A stretch of 64,000 nt of DNA from Epithemia pelagica (GCA_946965045.2 OX337236.1:1302001-1366000), one strand, 5' to 3'; shown: positions 34,677 through 46,015, numbered from the stretch's first letter. The notes: generated by a model not told the origin, from the sequence alone. Program-made: numbers and translations.

Positions 34677-36338
34677 CTAATCTTCCGTATCATCGTTGCC
34701 ATCCTCGTCGTCATCATCACTGTATGAGCCCTCCTCCTCCTCCTCCTCTTCTTCATTGTCTTCCTCTTCAGTGTCCTCGACTTCATACACTATTGCCTTT
34801 TGTGCACGGGATTTTGACTGCTGCTTCCTTTTCTTATTGCGTGGAGAACGTCTTACCGCCTTTTTTCCTTTTGACCCTTGCCTATTAGGCGATGGAGTCC
34901 TTGTATTGCGGCGTAAGGGAAGACTCGTCACAGTTGCTCGTTTCTTTCCATCTTTATTTCCATCCTTCTTTTTGGCTCTCAATCGTTCTTCAGGAGATGG
35001 CTTCTTACCCGCTACGGATCGTTTCTGTTTCTTGGCAGTTCCTCCCTTGTCAGAGGACACCGACGATGTCTTTGAGGCAGCCCTCTTCTTCGATGACGAA
35101 TCCAAAGAGGTTTTCCCTCCAGCACTCGACCGGGCAGTGTCCTGCCCCTTAGTTTGGACAGTAGATAAGGAAACAACCGTCATGTCTCCCTCGTGTTCAA
35201 CTTCGTCCTTTTGTTCTTTCAAATATTCTAACAGATAGGCATCCCCTAAGTCCCCATCACTTTCGTCATCAGATTCATTCATTTGATGTTGATCGGTCAC
35301 TGTTGATGTCAATGCTTGGGTAGCAGGTGCCTGGTTTTCAGTGGGAACTTCACCTTCACCTTCACCATTACCTTCGACTTCACCTTTGCTTGGTTCAGGG
35401 ACATCATCTCTGGTAATGTCGACTATGTCGATGGAGTCTGCTTCGTATGTCTTGCCATCGTCCCCAATATAGGAGAATTTTTGGGGACCATCATCATCTT
35501 CCACCACCAAAGATTCGGACGCTTTGTCATTGTAGTCCATGTGGTCTGGGAGACCATTGATCATCTGATGGTATCTACGCACATCTCCTTGACGAGACTG
35601 CTCAGAGAGAAGTAGTACATCCTGGTTGTTGACTGATTCACGACCGTGCTCATCCGATACAGTCAAAACAGTCTTGCCTTCTACAATCTCTTGTTCAACC
35701 AACTCTTGTTCGGCAACCCAAATGCTTTCCAAAACTTTCCTGTTGATGCAATCCAGGGTTCTCATCTCAAAAACCTTGCTGCCCTGTCGATTCATTCGTC
35801 GGTTCGATGCAAACCAGGAAGCCATGGAAAACACCCTCTCAGCAAACGCATTGGTGGAGGGTTTACTCAACCAGAGCATGGCTGTTTCGTAGCACTGAAT
35901 GAGTCCAGGGTATTGATTTTTCTTCAGTTTGCTCTTATCAAAGATATTCTCTCGATAACGTGCCACCCTGTCCCAATCAAGATGCTCGACACTACCCCAA
36001 AGAGTGGTAAGGTTCTTGAAGTGTTTCCTGGGAGGTGGACGGAAAAAGATGGCTTCTTTTTCTTCCTTGACTAAGGCTCGTGCTTCTTCCGAGAGGGGTG
36101 GGATCTTTTTATTGATTGAGGCATTGTTATGGTTGGATGCGTTGTTCTCATTCTCATTCGAAGGAGGAGCTTCGTCTGCTTGTCCTTGTTCTTGTTCTTG
36201 TTGAATATTGTCGTCGTCTGCAGAGGTGCCTTGCACCGCTCCTGCTGTGGAAGACATAGAGAAAGAAGTATTGGGAGACAGGGAAGATGTGGCTGTGGTT
36301 GGGGAGTCAGATATCTGTATGAGATAGTTGCAATGCAT
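34677..36338 (-). CDS. Truncated hAT transposase: C-terminal dimerisation (hATC) domain plus long acidic/basic tail
   Basis: YPGLIQCYETAMLWLSKPSTNAFAERVFSMAS matches the hATC signature. No upstream DDE catalytic core is visible before the right TIR. Confidence 0.75.
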   Translation of the reverse strand: MHCNYLIQISDSPTTATSSLSPNTSFSMSSTAGAVQGTSADDDNIQQEQEQGQADEAPPSNENENNASNHNNASINKKIPPLSEEARALVKEEKEAIFFRPPPRKHFKNLTTLWGSVEHLDWDRVARYRENIFDKSKLKKNQYPGLIQCYETAMLWLSKPSTNAFAERVFSMASWFASNRRMNRQGSKVFEMRTLDCINRKVLESIWVAEQELVEQEIVEGKTVLTVSDEHGRESVNNQDVLLLSEQSRQGDVRRYHQMINGLPDHMDYNDKASESLVVEDDDGPQKFSYIGDDGKTYEADSIDIVDITRDDVPEPSKGEVEGNGEGEGEVPTENQAPATQALTSTVTDQHQMNESDDESDGDLGDAYLLEYLKEQKDEVEHEGDMTVVSLSTVQTKGQDTARSSAGGKTSLDSSSKKRAASKTSSVSSDKGGTAKKQKRSVAGKKPSPEERLRAKKKDGNKDGKKRATVTSLPLRRNTRTPSPNRQGSKGKKAVRRSPRNKKRKQQSKSRAQKAIVYEVEDTEEEDNEEEEEEEEGSYSDDDDEDGNDDTED

Positions 36339-37736
36339 CGAATGGAGAATTGTAGTAAGAAGATAGGAGGTAACAAGAAGACAAGAAAAGGTAAAGAGAT
36401 ATGTTAAGTTTCAAGTATGTTATGGTCACTGAAATACAATAGAGTACCGTGTATCGTGTGATATAATAATGTTGAATATGATGGTTAAATTTGTGAATTC
36501 GAATTTTGTCTTAGAAGACAACGAGTTGAGTTGGTGATAGAATTCGTATAATAAAGAACGGTGAATTGAGTTTGAAGTTAAAATTCATTTTTAAATCTCT
36601 GCGAATCAACTTACGTATTTAATTTGGAATTAGAATAGTACAAAATTGAATGTGACATGGAAATTTGATTGAAAAAGAGAGAAAATGGAGTTTTTGGAGT
36701 CAATTTGCGTTGAAAAATAAAGAAAATTGAGTTCATTTTGGCCAAATTGGCTAATTTGTGCTTAAATTCGTACAAATTGGAAAAAAGTGAATTTACAACT
36801 TCCAAACCCTGACTCGTACATCGTACTCCCACAACAGACTAGGAGTAGGTAGGTGTAGTATTAACTATCGTAATGGGCTTGGGTTGATAGAAATCAGAAA
36901 GTGATCTCTTCTCTCTTCTCTACTCTAGCCAGTAGAGTAGCATACTATAGAGTATCTCCTACTAGCTACTCCTAGCTGCCATTTGGACTTAAACCATATG
37001 CCAATTTATAGGTAGTTCGTAGGACTACCTAGTGAGTACTTCAAGGACTTCTACTGCCTACAACTCGATGCTCGATGAGCTAAACCTGCTAGAAACACTA
37101 AGATTCTACGAAAACCTAGCTACTACTCCTAGAGAATACTCCTACGTAGATATTAGTGGCATTCTTGGTGCTTAGTGTTTGGCACTTACTTCTAGATTTT
37201 GACTCCAACACTACGAGTACAAGCTTGTATGCAGAATGCAGATTCCCACAGTCGCCGGAATCACAAGCAAGACATCAAAACTCAAAACCGATTGCGGGAC
37301 GAACGTCATTCAGAAGGTTGGTGAGGTGATAGGTGATAGGTGATGGCCAGTTGGGACAATTTCGATGAAGTGGGGCCATTTTAAACATTCATCTTGAAGA
37401 GCGGTCTGGTGTCCAAAAATATGTCAACAATGTCCAGATTCAACTCCCCAGATTCGTGAGTGGGATTCTACTGTAAAACATATACTTAAAATCTTAAATT
37501 AAAAACGCACTTAAACGTGCGCTCATAACCCATTTTATTTTAGGTTTGAGGCCAAAATTTGTCCGAGCCAACCCCTCGTCTCACGAACACTTCTCGTAAA
37601 CATAAACCTAGTCGTAGAGTATATATATATATGAACGTATATCATATAAGCCTTCCCCCCCTAAGAAATCGTCCGTTCGACTGCCGCGCTCTTTGGAAAT
37701 TTCAATGGACCCCCCCAACAAGAGCAACATCCCACC

Positions 37737-39037
37737 ATGACGCCTTCCTCCGCTACGAAGGACCTTTCCAAGACATTCGAGAAACACAGATCGAATGCAA
37801 TGGAGTCTGAGGTCCCCACTCAGCGTCCAAGTCAACCCTTCCCAGGGCTGGGCCACATCCAACCTGAGGAAAAACAACAGTCAGATGAAGACGATTGGGA
37901 GCCAGTGGCAGATGAGCCAGTGGCAGATTCTGATCAAGAATCAAACACTATCGAGGTGGAAGCTACTGCGATTGAACAAAATCACAAACAACAGACGAAG
38001 GTGAAGAAAACAGCGGCAGTGACGCCATTTGAGCGGCGCGAATCACCTCGTCTCAAGAAACAACGGGCGACAAAACGGCAAAGGAGAAAGCAACCAAAGC
38101 AGTGAAGACGAAGAAGAAACAAGCCCAACCCAAGAACGCAACCTCTTCGAACGCAACCTCTTCGAACGCAACCTCTTCGAAACCCCCTAAACCCGCAGCG
38201 ACTAAACCCAGCAAAGGAAATGGTGGAATGGGACGTGTTTGCGGCAAGAACTTCTCTACGGACGAGACGATGTTTCTTTTGAAACTCGTCCGTGATAAAC
38301 TCCCAAGTGGAGGAGAGGATTGGGAGTGGGTTACGCAACAATACAACGATGTATTCGGCAAAAAGGGAAGGTTCCGTGACAAGGAATCCCTCAAGCGCCG
38401 TTTTGCAGCCTTGCACAATCGTCGAACCCCAACAGGGGACCCTGACTGCCCGGATGAAGTGAAGGAGGCAAAGCACCTCATTGCCATCCAGCAAAAGTGC
38501 GATGCTGGCGAATTATACGAGGACAAGGACATTGGTTTCTCGTCTTCATCATCATCCTCTTCTTCAGAAGACGAGGAACAAGAAGATGATGAAGCTGATC
38601 ACGACAAGAAACCTGCAGCCGAAGCAAAAACTCCCAAGACGAAACTAGAAATTGGAGCAGCAACGATAAGCCTGCGTTCGTCCACGAAGAAAAGGAGAAA
38701 GAAGCACCATAAGAATGACAACGACATCCTGGAGTACATGTTAATGTCCCAGGCCAAAAGACAAGAGAACGAGGATGCAGAAAAGGCAGAGCGACGAGAA
38801 CGCGAACAAGAACGACGAGAGCGAGAGCAGCGCCGCTACAAAGAGCTGCAGGCCGAGAAGGCGTCCAACCGGTTGAAGGCGGATCAGATGCAGCAGCAAA
38901 TGATCCAGATGCAACATCAAATGATGATGCAGCAGCAGAATTTTATGATGTTGCTGATGCCGGACCGGTTCCCCAAGACAATGGACACTAAGGACTCAAA
39001 GGAGAATGAAAACAAAGAGCAGAACAAAGAGCACTAA
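37737..39037 (+). pseudogene. PIF/Harbinger Myb/SANT-like DNA-binding accessory gene with a 1-bp frameshift
   Basis: ORFs 37737..38105 and 38102..39037 join if one A is restored at about 38058-38060 (RLKK-TTGDKTAKEKATKAVK). Myb-like GKNFSTDETMFLLKLV...WEWVTQQY...RDKESLKRRF. It converges on a Harbinger transposase. Confidence 0.72.
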
Positions 39038-39072
39038 GAACAATAATGATCGTAGTACCAGAGAATTAATAG

Positions 39073-40266
39073 TTACAAATCTTGCAAAGTAAAACCATTC
39101 TTTCTAGTTGCGTTGAGAGAAGGGAAGAAGGTCGTAGAGATTTGATTGAATCCAACATTCGTAGCACAAAAGTTATACAAAAGGACAATCAAAGACATAA
39201 TCAATTTACGCTCTCCGACTTCCTCGTACCGGAGACGATCTTTCAGACGGGGGAATGATGCTTGCAATCCATTCATCCCCCATTCTGATAGTTGTCTCAC
39301 TGCCGTAGCAGCTCGAAACAGCTCAGTCTTCTGTCGAATTTGTCCCTCTTGATCAGTGTTGTTCTGATAGGACTTAAATAGGGACTTTCTTCGTTCCGAA
39401 CCAAACGCGGAATCAACAACAACTCGTGCGCCTCCTCTCTTGCGTTCGCGATGATCGATGGCATCTATCTTGTTGTAAGTGTTCGAGTAGATAGCAAGCG
39501 TTGAATCATGCCATGACCCGGGCGCATTGATATACGACGCCCGGATCCTCCCATCAGGTGAAAACAAAAAGAGGTTGGATATGAAGTGGTCACACTTCCA
39601 CCCATTATAAAATAGGTTTTGATGTTTCGCACTGGCTTCTATGGGAACCTTCATACCATCCATGGCCCCCCACACGTTTTGTAGAATTGGATACTTCCTC
39701 CTGATTGTCTTCTTGAAACTTCGGACTTCTTCCTTGGTAGGGAGCCTAACTTCTGCATCGGGATGCCGGTTGAGGACCTTGACAAGAATCCGTCGACCAA
39801 ACCGCAACCAAACAGACAACGGGTTAGCGGTGAGGCCGAATACTAGCTGAAGTAACATCGTTGATCCACGTGTTCGTGTCCAAGCCAATACTAGACCAAG
39901 GCATATTTTTGCATCAATCAACCGTCGGCCTCTCCTCTTCCCTTTTGCAGTCAATCGTCGCATGGGCCGACGGTTTTTGGCGGATTGAGGGTAAGGCGTC
40001 CAATTATCGAAATAAGGCGCAAACAGGTCAAGTAGCTTGTGGAATGAACTAAAGTCGAATCCACACAAGGCTATGAGGGATGCATCCTTCCCACTGTTAT
40101 ACAGTTTCATAAAAGCGGAATGCATTGGATGGTGGAGAGACGCTCGAGAGATTCCAGCTGAACGCAGACGACGACGCAGACGCTCTAAGTTCGATTGCCG
40201 CTCTTCCTCTTCTTGCCTTCTACGATGGAGCAATAGCAGCAACAAGTCCTCCTCGTCGTCGTTCAT
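39073..40266 (-). CDS. PIF/Harbinger transposase (DDE_Tnp_4)
   Basis: VWGAMDGMKVP, NGWKCDHF, PGSWHDS, VVVDSAF and RQLSEWG carry the DDE residues. First ATG 40266. Confidence 0.9.
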   Translation of the reverse strand: MNDDEEDLLLLLLHRRRQEEEERQSNLERLRRRLRSAGISRASLHHPMHSAFMKLYNSGKDASLIALCGFDFSSFHKLLDLFAPYFDNWTPYPQSAKNRRPMRRLTAKGKRRGRRLIDAKICLGLVLAWTRTRGSTMLLQLVFGLTANPLSVWLRFGRRILVKVLNRHPDAEVRLPTKEEVRSFKKTIRRKYPILQNVWGAMDGMKVPIEASAKHQNLFYNGWKCDHFISNLFLFSPDGRIRASYINAPGSWHDSTLAIYSNTYNKIDAIDHRERKRGGARVVVDSAFGSERRKSLFKSYQNNTDQEGQIRQKTELFRAATAVRQLSEWGMNGLQASFPRLKDRLRYEEVGERKLIMSLIVLLYNFCATNVGFNQISTTFFPSLNATRKNGFTLQDL

Positions 40267-40392
40267 GGTTCTTACAAACAACGCCCTACTCAAACAAGGA
40301 AAGAAAGGCGAAACAACGATACCCTGTATTCGACACGGAGAGAGGTACGTTCAACGCCAAAGGTGCAGGTGGAGCCCCAACTAGGTAGCCAT

Positions 40393-40577
40393 TGCAATGT
40401 GAAACATGCTCTAATGCGAGACGTGCGCAGACCTGCGCCTCAGACATGCGCAGACCTGCACCTCGAACATGCGCAGACCTGCACTTCAGACATGCGTCAA
40501 ACCCGTATCACGTCTCACACTTCACTTTAGACCTAAGCTCATAATGTTATCATCGACATCTTTAGCAAGCTACTGCA
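40393..40577 (+). repeat. 5' LTR (185 bp)
   Basis: TG..CA ends, three internal 23-bp GCGCAGACCTGC..ACAT units. Followed by TTCTGATCAGAGC, which partly resembles the tRNAi-Met PBS TGGTATCAGAGC. Confidence 0.93.
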
Positions 40578-40625
40578 TTCTGATCAGAGCTTCTCCCTTG
40601 CTTTGGATCAACAAAAGAAAACACC

Positions 40626-42251
40626 ATGAGCTCATCCCATACCTGCACCTTCCCGTTTAAGGTGGAAGATGACGACTCCATCATGGAGGCAATCAAGTGG
40701 ACCCAAGGGACATCACGATATGAGATCTACATTTCACATCTTCGTGAGTTGGAACTCGGGCAGTTGCTTCCACATTGTTTGACTTTCAAGTCCAAGATTG
40801 AAGCTGCCATTGGTACTCCTGCCCATGTTGGGCCATCATTGTTTCGTGTTTTTCCACGCACCATCTCTCCGATTCTCCGTTCAGTTTGGGATCTGGTCCT
40901 TGAAGCGGGTGATGATGAAGTTTTGGTGGACACCATTGAAGGCTTCACAGAAGCATTGAAAATGTTTATTGCTGTGCATGCCACGGCAGATGATCGCCAT
41001 GATCTCCTTCAGCAACTTTGCAATCCAAAGAAACCTCGCGACCATCATGTGCAGTCTTTCTGGTATCGCATGAGAGAATTGAATGGGTACGTAGATTGGT
41101 TGCCTGGAAATGAAAGTGCTCTCGATGATGCACAACTCAAACAAGCATTCTATGATGCAATGCCACAAGCATGGCAAGACCGCTTTGTTCAAGCAGGTCA
41201 TTCCAACATTCACATGACCATGGCTGAAGTTGTGCGTTATTTCCGCAAACAGGAAAATCTTGCCTTGCGCAAACAAGCTGAGAATTCCTTGGCTCAGAAG
41301 AAATCTTCTAGCACTCAACGTCATTCAAAGTCTAATTCTGGAAAGCCTTATGCTTCAAAGAACAAAAGTTGGAAACGATCTTCTAAAGAGGATGGAAAAG
41401 ATTCTAGCAATCGCAAACGCACAGTCATTGATAATGATGCTGCCTGTCCAGTCCATCCGGACATGAATCATACTTGGGGTGAATGCTACAGCAACCCTGC
41501 TAACAAAAGCAAAAGCAAACGCAAAAACACTGATTCGTCGTCTAAGACATCAGACAAGAAGCGCCAGAAAACTAGCGCATCATCTGGAGAGCATGCCAAT
41601 GTCGCTGCTGATCTCACCTCTGCTCCTCTTGGAGATGAAAATGATCAGGCCATCAATGATGGTACTTTTTCTGAGGATCTTGAATCCAATGGTACGTTTT
41701 CCCTTGTCTGCTATGCAGATGAATGTGAAATACTCCATACCTCTCATCACTTGGACGACTTGTCCTTCCTTGCCTCTTCACAGGTGAAGAGTAGTTTGTC
41801 CCAACCAAACCATGATGTGCTCGTTGCATACGCATCCTTCTGTGAAGACTCGTACTCCCATGGAGAATACAAAAGTGATAATGAGATAACCCAAAACCTT
41901 GATGTTACGAAGTCCTTGCGTCTTAGATCTGTTGGCCTTATGACAGCCAGGCATGTGCAAAAACATAAATGCCGCAGGCCTTTCAAAGTGCTTTTTGATA
42001 CTGGATCTGACAAGACCCTTATCAGCCAACGTGCCCTTCCAATTGGGGCAAATCCAAAAACCATAGACGCCAGACAGGTCACTGGCATTCATGGAACCCA
42101 AAAACTCAATCAAGAAGTCTTGCTCACAGACATTGCCTTCCCTGAGTTCTCGCCCACTCAACGAGTGCCTGGCCCTATACGGGCAACAGTGTTCAACAAT
42201 GCTGACTCACCATACGATGTCATTGTCGGAATGGATGTAATGCAAGCCTAA
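40626..42251 (+). CDS. Gag + aspartic protease, ending at a premature TAA near the protease C-terminus
   Basis: Knuckle-like CPVHPDMNHTWGEC, protease VLFDTGSD, and YDVIVGMDVMQA*GIDV, where homology-like text continues past the stop. Confidence 0.8.
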   Translation: MSSSHTCTFPFKVEDDDSIMEAIKWTQGTSRYEIYISHLRELELGQLLPHCLTFKSKIEAAIGTPAHVGPSLFRVFPRTISPILRSVWDLVLEAGDDEVLVDTIEGFTEALKMFIAVHATADDRHDLLQQLCNPKKPRDHHVQSFWYRMRELNGYVDWLPGNESALDDAQLKQAFYDAMPQAWQDRFVQAGHSNIHMTMAEVVRYFRKQENLALRKQAENSLAQKKSSSTQRHSKSNSGKPYASKNKSWKRSSKEDGKDSSNRKRTVIDNDAACPVHPDMNHTWGECYSNPANKSKSKRKNTDSSSKTSDKKRQKTSASSGEHANVAADLTSAPLGDENDQAINDGTFSEDLESNGTFSLVCYADECEILHTSHHLDDLSFLASSQVKSSLSQPNHDVLVAYASFCEDSYSHGEYKSDNEITQNLDVTKSLRLRSVGLMTARHVQKHKCRRPFKVLFDTGSDKTLISQRALPIGANPKTIDARQVTGIHGTQKLNQEVLLTDIAFPEFSPTQRVPGPIRATVFNNADSPYDVIVGMDVMQA

Positions 42252-42356
42252 GGCATTGATGTCCAATGCTCGACACAAACCGTGTCTTGGAACAACAACA
42301 TGATTCCTTTTCGGCCTCCAAACTATTTCAATGATTCCGCCTTGGTGGAGACCCAA

Positions 42357-43238
42357 TGCAGTAGCTTGCTAAAGATGTCGATGATAACATTATGAGCTTA
42401 GGTCTAAAGTGAAGTGTGAGACGTGATACGGGTTTGACGCATGTCTGAAGTGCAGGTCTGCGCATGTTCGAGGTGCAGGTCTGCGCATGTCTGAGGCGCA
42501 GGTCTGCGCACGTCTCGCATTAGAGCATGTTTCACATTGCATTCTGCCTCTCAAGGTGGCACGATGTGGAAAACAGAGGGGAACCTTGTCGAGTAGGATA
42601 AAAACCCTCAGCACAGAGTTAGCGATGGTAGGGCTTCACTCTGCGTATGGAAATGCGCTCAATGGTCGTAGCATTGAGTCGGATGGTGACTTTTCCATTA
42701 GTATGGACTGATTCTACGCGGTAGGGTCCATCCGCACGAGCCTCAAGTTTGCTCGGTTTGTAGCGAAGTTTCAAAACTTCATCACCAATGTGATAATCAT
42801 AGGCAAACCATTTGCGGTTAGCGGCAATCAACCTTGTGTCGATAAGTTGTTGTCTCCTCTCACGAAGGAGGAGGTGTAAGTCAGCAATGACAGGGATATC
42901 AAGAATCATATCTCGATGAAAGGCCAGGGCACCTGGGGTTGTTTGCAATGTGCCATGAACTGCTGAACGAGCAGCAAAGAGAACATTTGCTAGAGCAGTG
43001 TCCAACAACTGAGTTGCTGTGGCTATCCCATCAGGGGGATTCATGGTTGTAAGAGCGCGGAGGCTATTACCAACTGCTTGGTGCATGCGTTCACAAATTG
43101 CATTGGCCTGGGGATTTTTGGAAGAAATTGGATGGCCTTTGATGCCATGTCTCTGCAAGAGACGTTGAAAATGGTAGCCTGTAAATTCTCCTCCTTGATC
43201 ATAGATGCAATGGAGTGGCCTTGGATAGCGTGATAGCC
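42357..43238 (-). repeat. Inverted 882-bp copy of the element's 3' end (full LTR 42357-42541, 3' UTR, integrase C-terminal part)
   Basis: Reverse complement of 45319-46182 plus the 18 bp missing from the 3' LTR. ORF 42619..43245(-) duplicates the last about 200 aa of pol. Confidence 0.95.
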
Positions 43239-45938
43239 GCAACAACTACAGAGGCAGTTGCTCAACAGCAGCAGCATCTCACGACATCACAACAGCGTGA
43301 TCTGGCCAATCTCCTGAAGGACTTTCCAAAACTATTCTCTGGCAAACTCCGTTGTTTCCATAGAAAAATTCATCTTGAATTGAAAGATGGCACTGTTCCA
43401 CAGAATTGCCGACCATATCCGGTTCCCAAGCATCATGAACAAGTCTTCAAAGATGAACTTCAGCGACTTGTCGACGTTGGTGTCCTCAAGAAGTGTGGTG
43501 CCTCTGAATGGCTATCTCCAAGCTTCATTGTTCCTAAAACGGACGGACGCGTTCGCTGGATCTCTGACTTCCGGATGCTCAACAAATACATCAAACGCAG
43601 AGTCTTCAACCTGCCAAAGATACAGGATATCTTGACCAAACGCAATGGATATGCCTTTTTCACGAAGCTCGACATCTCCATGCAATACTACACCTTTGAA
43701 CTTGATCCTGCCAGCCAGGAGCTGTGCACTATCTGCACCCCATACGGCAACTATCGCTATCAACGTCTCCCCATGGGAGTTAGTCAGTCTCCTGACTTGG
43801 CACAAGAAATAATGGAGGACCTCCTCCGTCACCTTGATGAAGTCGATTGCTACATTGACGATGTTGGTGTTTTCAATAATACATGGGATTCCCATCTTGT
43901 TTCCCTGCGCAAAGTTCTGGCAATCCTTGAAAACAACAATTTTATTGTTAACCCAGCCAAATGCGAATGGGGTGTCCAGGAAACTGACTTCCTCGGATAT
44001 TGGTTAACACCAACTGGTTTGAAACCCAACAAACGCAAAATTGCGCCCATTTTGGCTCTCCAGCCACCCAAAACGGTCAAACAACTCCGGTCTTTCCTTG
44101 GTGCCGTCAACTATTACCGTGACATGTACCCCAAGAGGGCACACATTCTAGCACCCCTTACCAAACTCACTGGAAATGGCCGTGGCCCCATACAATGGAC
44201 ACCAGAATGTCAAAAGTCTTTTGACCATATGAATGCTCTTCTCGCCAAAGATTCCTTTCTACGCTATCCTGACCACAACAAACCCTTTCACATCTACTGT
44301 GATGCAAGTGATTTGCAACTTGGTGCCGCTATTCTTCAGGATGGCTCCCCTGTTGCCTTTTACTCACGCAAACTCACCCCTCCACAACGTAACTATACTG
44401 TTGGAGAAAAGGAACTTCTTTCCATTGTGGAAACTCTCAAAGAGTTTCGCACCATGCTTTATGGATGTCCAAACATTCATGTGTACACGGATCACAAAAA
44501 CAACACATTCCATCGCCTTCAGACCCAGCGTGTGTTGCGATGGCGACTCTTCCTTGAAGATTATGGTGTGCATTTCCACTACATCAAAGGCAAATCCAAT
44601 TCCCTTGCTGATGCACTCTCTCGTCTTCCCTTTGATGAGAGGCAGAATTCCCCTGATGGAAAACCTATGATCGATCAACAACAACAAAGTTTTTACTCAA
44701 TGGCCATCGACAATGATGATCTTCTTGATTGCTTTGTCAACCTCCCTTCTTCTGAAGGCATTCCGTTTGTACTTGATTACAACACTATTGCTGAGGCTCA
44801 GTCTCGGGACGCCAGACTAGAGCAACTCCGGCAGGAAAATGCACAACAGTTTGTGCAACAATTGCTTGCTCCGAACACATACGTGTGGAGTTATATTCCC
44901 AAACCAGACAATCCATGGAAGATCTATCTTCCCACTGAATTACTTGAACAAACCACTCGTTGGTATCATTTGGCCCTTAGCCACCAGGGACAAAATTGTT
45001 TGTACGATACCATGGCAATGCATTTGTATCATCCTGATCTACGCCGTCAAGTCAAGGCTGTGGTTTCCCGTTGCGACACTTGTCAACGTTACAAACAAGT
45101 CCTCCGAGGACATGGCCACACTGCACCTTGTGAGGCTTCATTGCATCCATGGCGTGAAATTGCTGTCGACTTAATTGGCCCCTGGACATTTAAAATGGCA
45201 GGACAAAAGGTCCAATTTCATGCACTCACTGCAATCGACACAGTTACCAATTTGGTCGAACTCATTAGAGTCGACAATAAAACTGCCGCACACGTTGCGC
45301 AACAACTTGAAAATGTATGGCTATCACGCTATCCAAGGCCACTCCATTGCATCTATGATCAAGGAGGAGAATTTACAGGCTACCATTTTCAACGTCTCTT
45401 GCAGAGACATGGCATCAAAGGCCATCCAATTTCTTCCAAAAATCCCCAGGCCAATGCAATTTGTGAACGCATGCACCAAGCAGTTGGTAATAGCCTCCGC
45501 GCTCTTACAACCATGAATCCCCCTGATGGGATAGCCACAGCAACTCAGTTGTTGGACACTGCTCTAGCAAATGTTCTCTTTGCTGCTCGTTCAGCAGTTC
45601 ATGGCACATTGCAAACAACCCCAGGTGCCCTGGCCTTTCATCGAGATATGATTCTTGATATCCCTGTCATTGCTGACTTACACCTCCTCCTTCGTGAGAG
45701 GAGACAACAACTTATCGACACAAGGTTGATTGCCGCTAACCGCAAACGGTTTGCCTATGATTATCACATTGGTGATGAAGTTTTGAAACTTCGCTACAAA
45801 CCGAGCAAACTTGAGGCTCGTGCGGATGGACCCTACCGCGTAGAATCAGTCCATACTAATGGAAAAGTCACCATCCGACTCAATGCTACGACCATTGAGC
45901 GCATTTCCATACGCAGAGTGAAGCCCTACCATTGCTAA
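43239..45938 (+). pseudogene. Pol fragment: RT - RNase H - integrase (cut off from gag-PR)
   Basis: SPSFIVPKTDGRVRWISDFR, KLDISMQYY, YQRLPMG, YIDDVGVF, CDASDLQLGA, EKELLSI, VYTDHKN, integrase H..LSH..C..C, AVDLIGP, IYDQGGEF, NAICERMHQ, GPYRV. Confidence 0.9.
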
Positions 45939-46015
45939 CTCTGTGCTGAGGGTTTTTATCCTACTCGACAAGGTTCCCCTCTGTTTTCCACATCGTGCCA
46001 CCTTGAGAGGCAGAA

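Larger units (their letters stand above)
32197..36811 (-). mobile_element. Non-autonomous hAT DNA transposon (4615 bp) carrying DNA glycosylase cargo
   Basis: TIRs CACGGTTTGGAAGTTGTAAAT (32197-32217) and ATTTACAACTTCCAAACCCTG (36791-36811), 20/21 match. Perfect 8-bp TSD ACTCGTAC (32189-32196; 36812-36819). AT-rich subterminal regions are rich in GAATT motifs. Internal ORF with hAT dimerisation motif. Confidence 0.92.
37737..40387. mobile_element. PIF/Harbinger element (coding core; termini not resolved)
   Basis: Convergent Myb-like + DDE_Tnp_4 pair is the canonical Harbinger layout. The end upstream of the transposase is interrupted by the LTR element. Confidence 0.8.

Noticed and set aside
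38135-38179. 15-bp x3 repeat encoding NATSS
   Set aside because: It is an ordinary low-complexity linker expansion in the Myb-like gene.
43215-43238. GTG start of the 907-aa pol ORF
   Set aside because: The first codons lie inside the inverted insertion, so this is an artefact of the rearrangement and not a real start.
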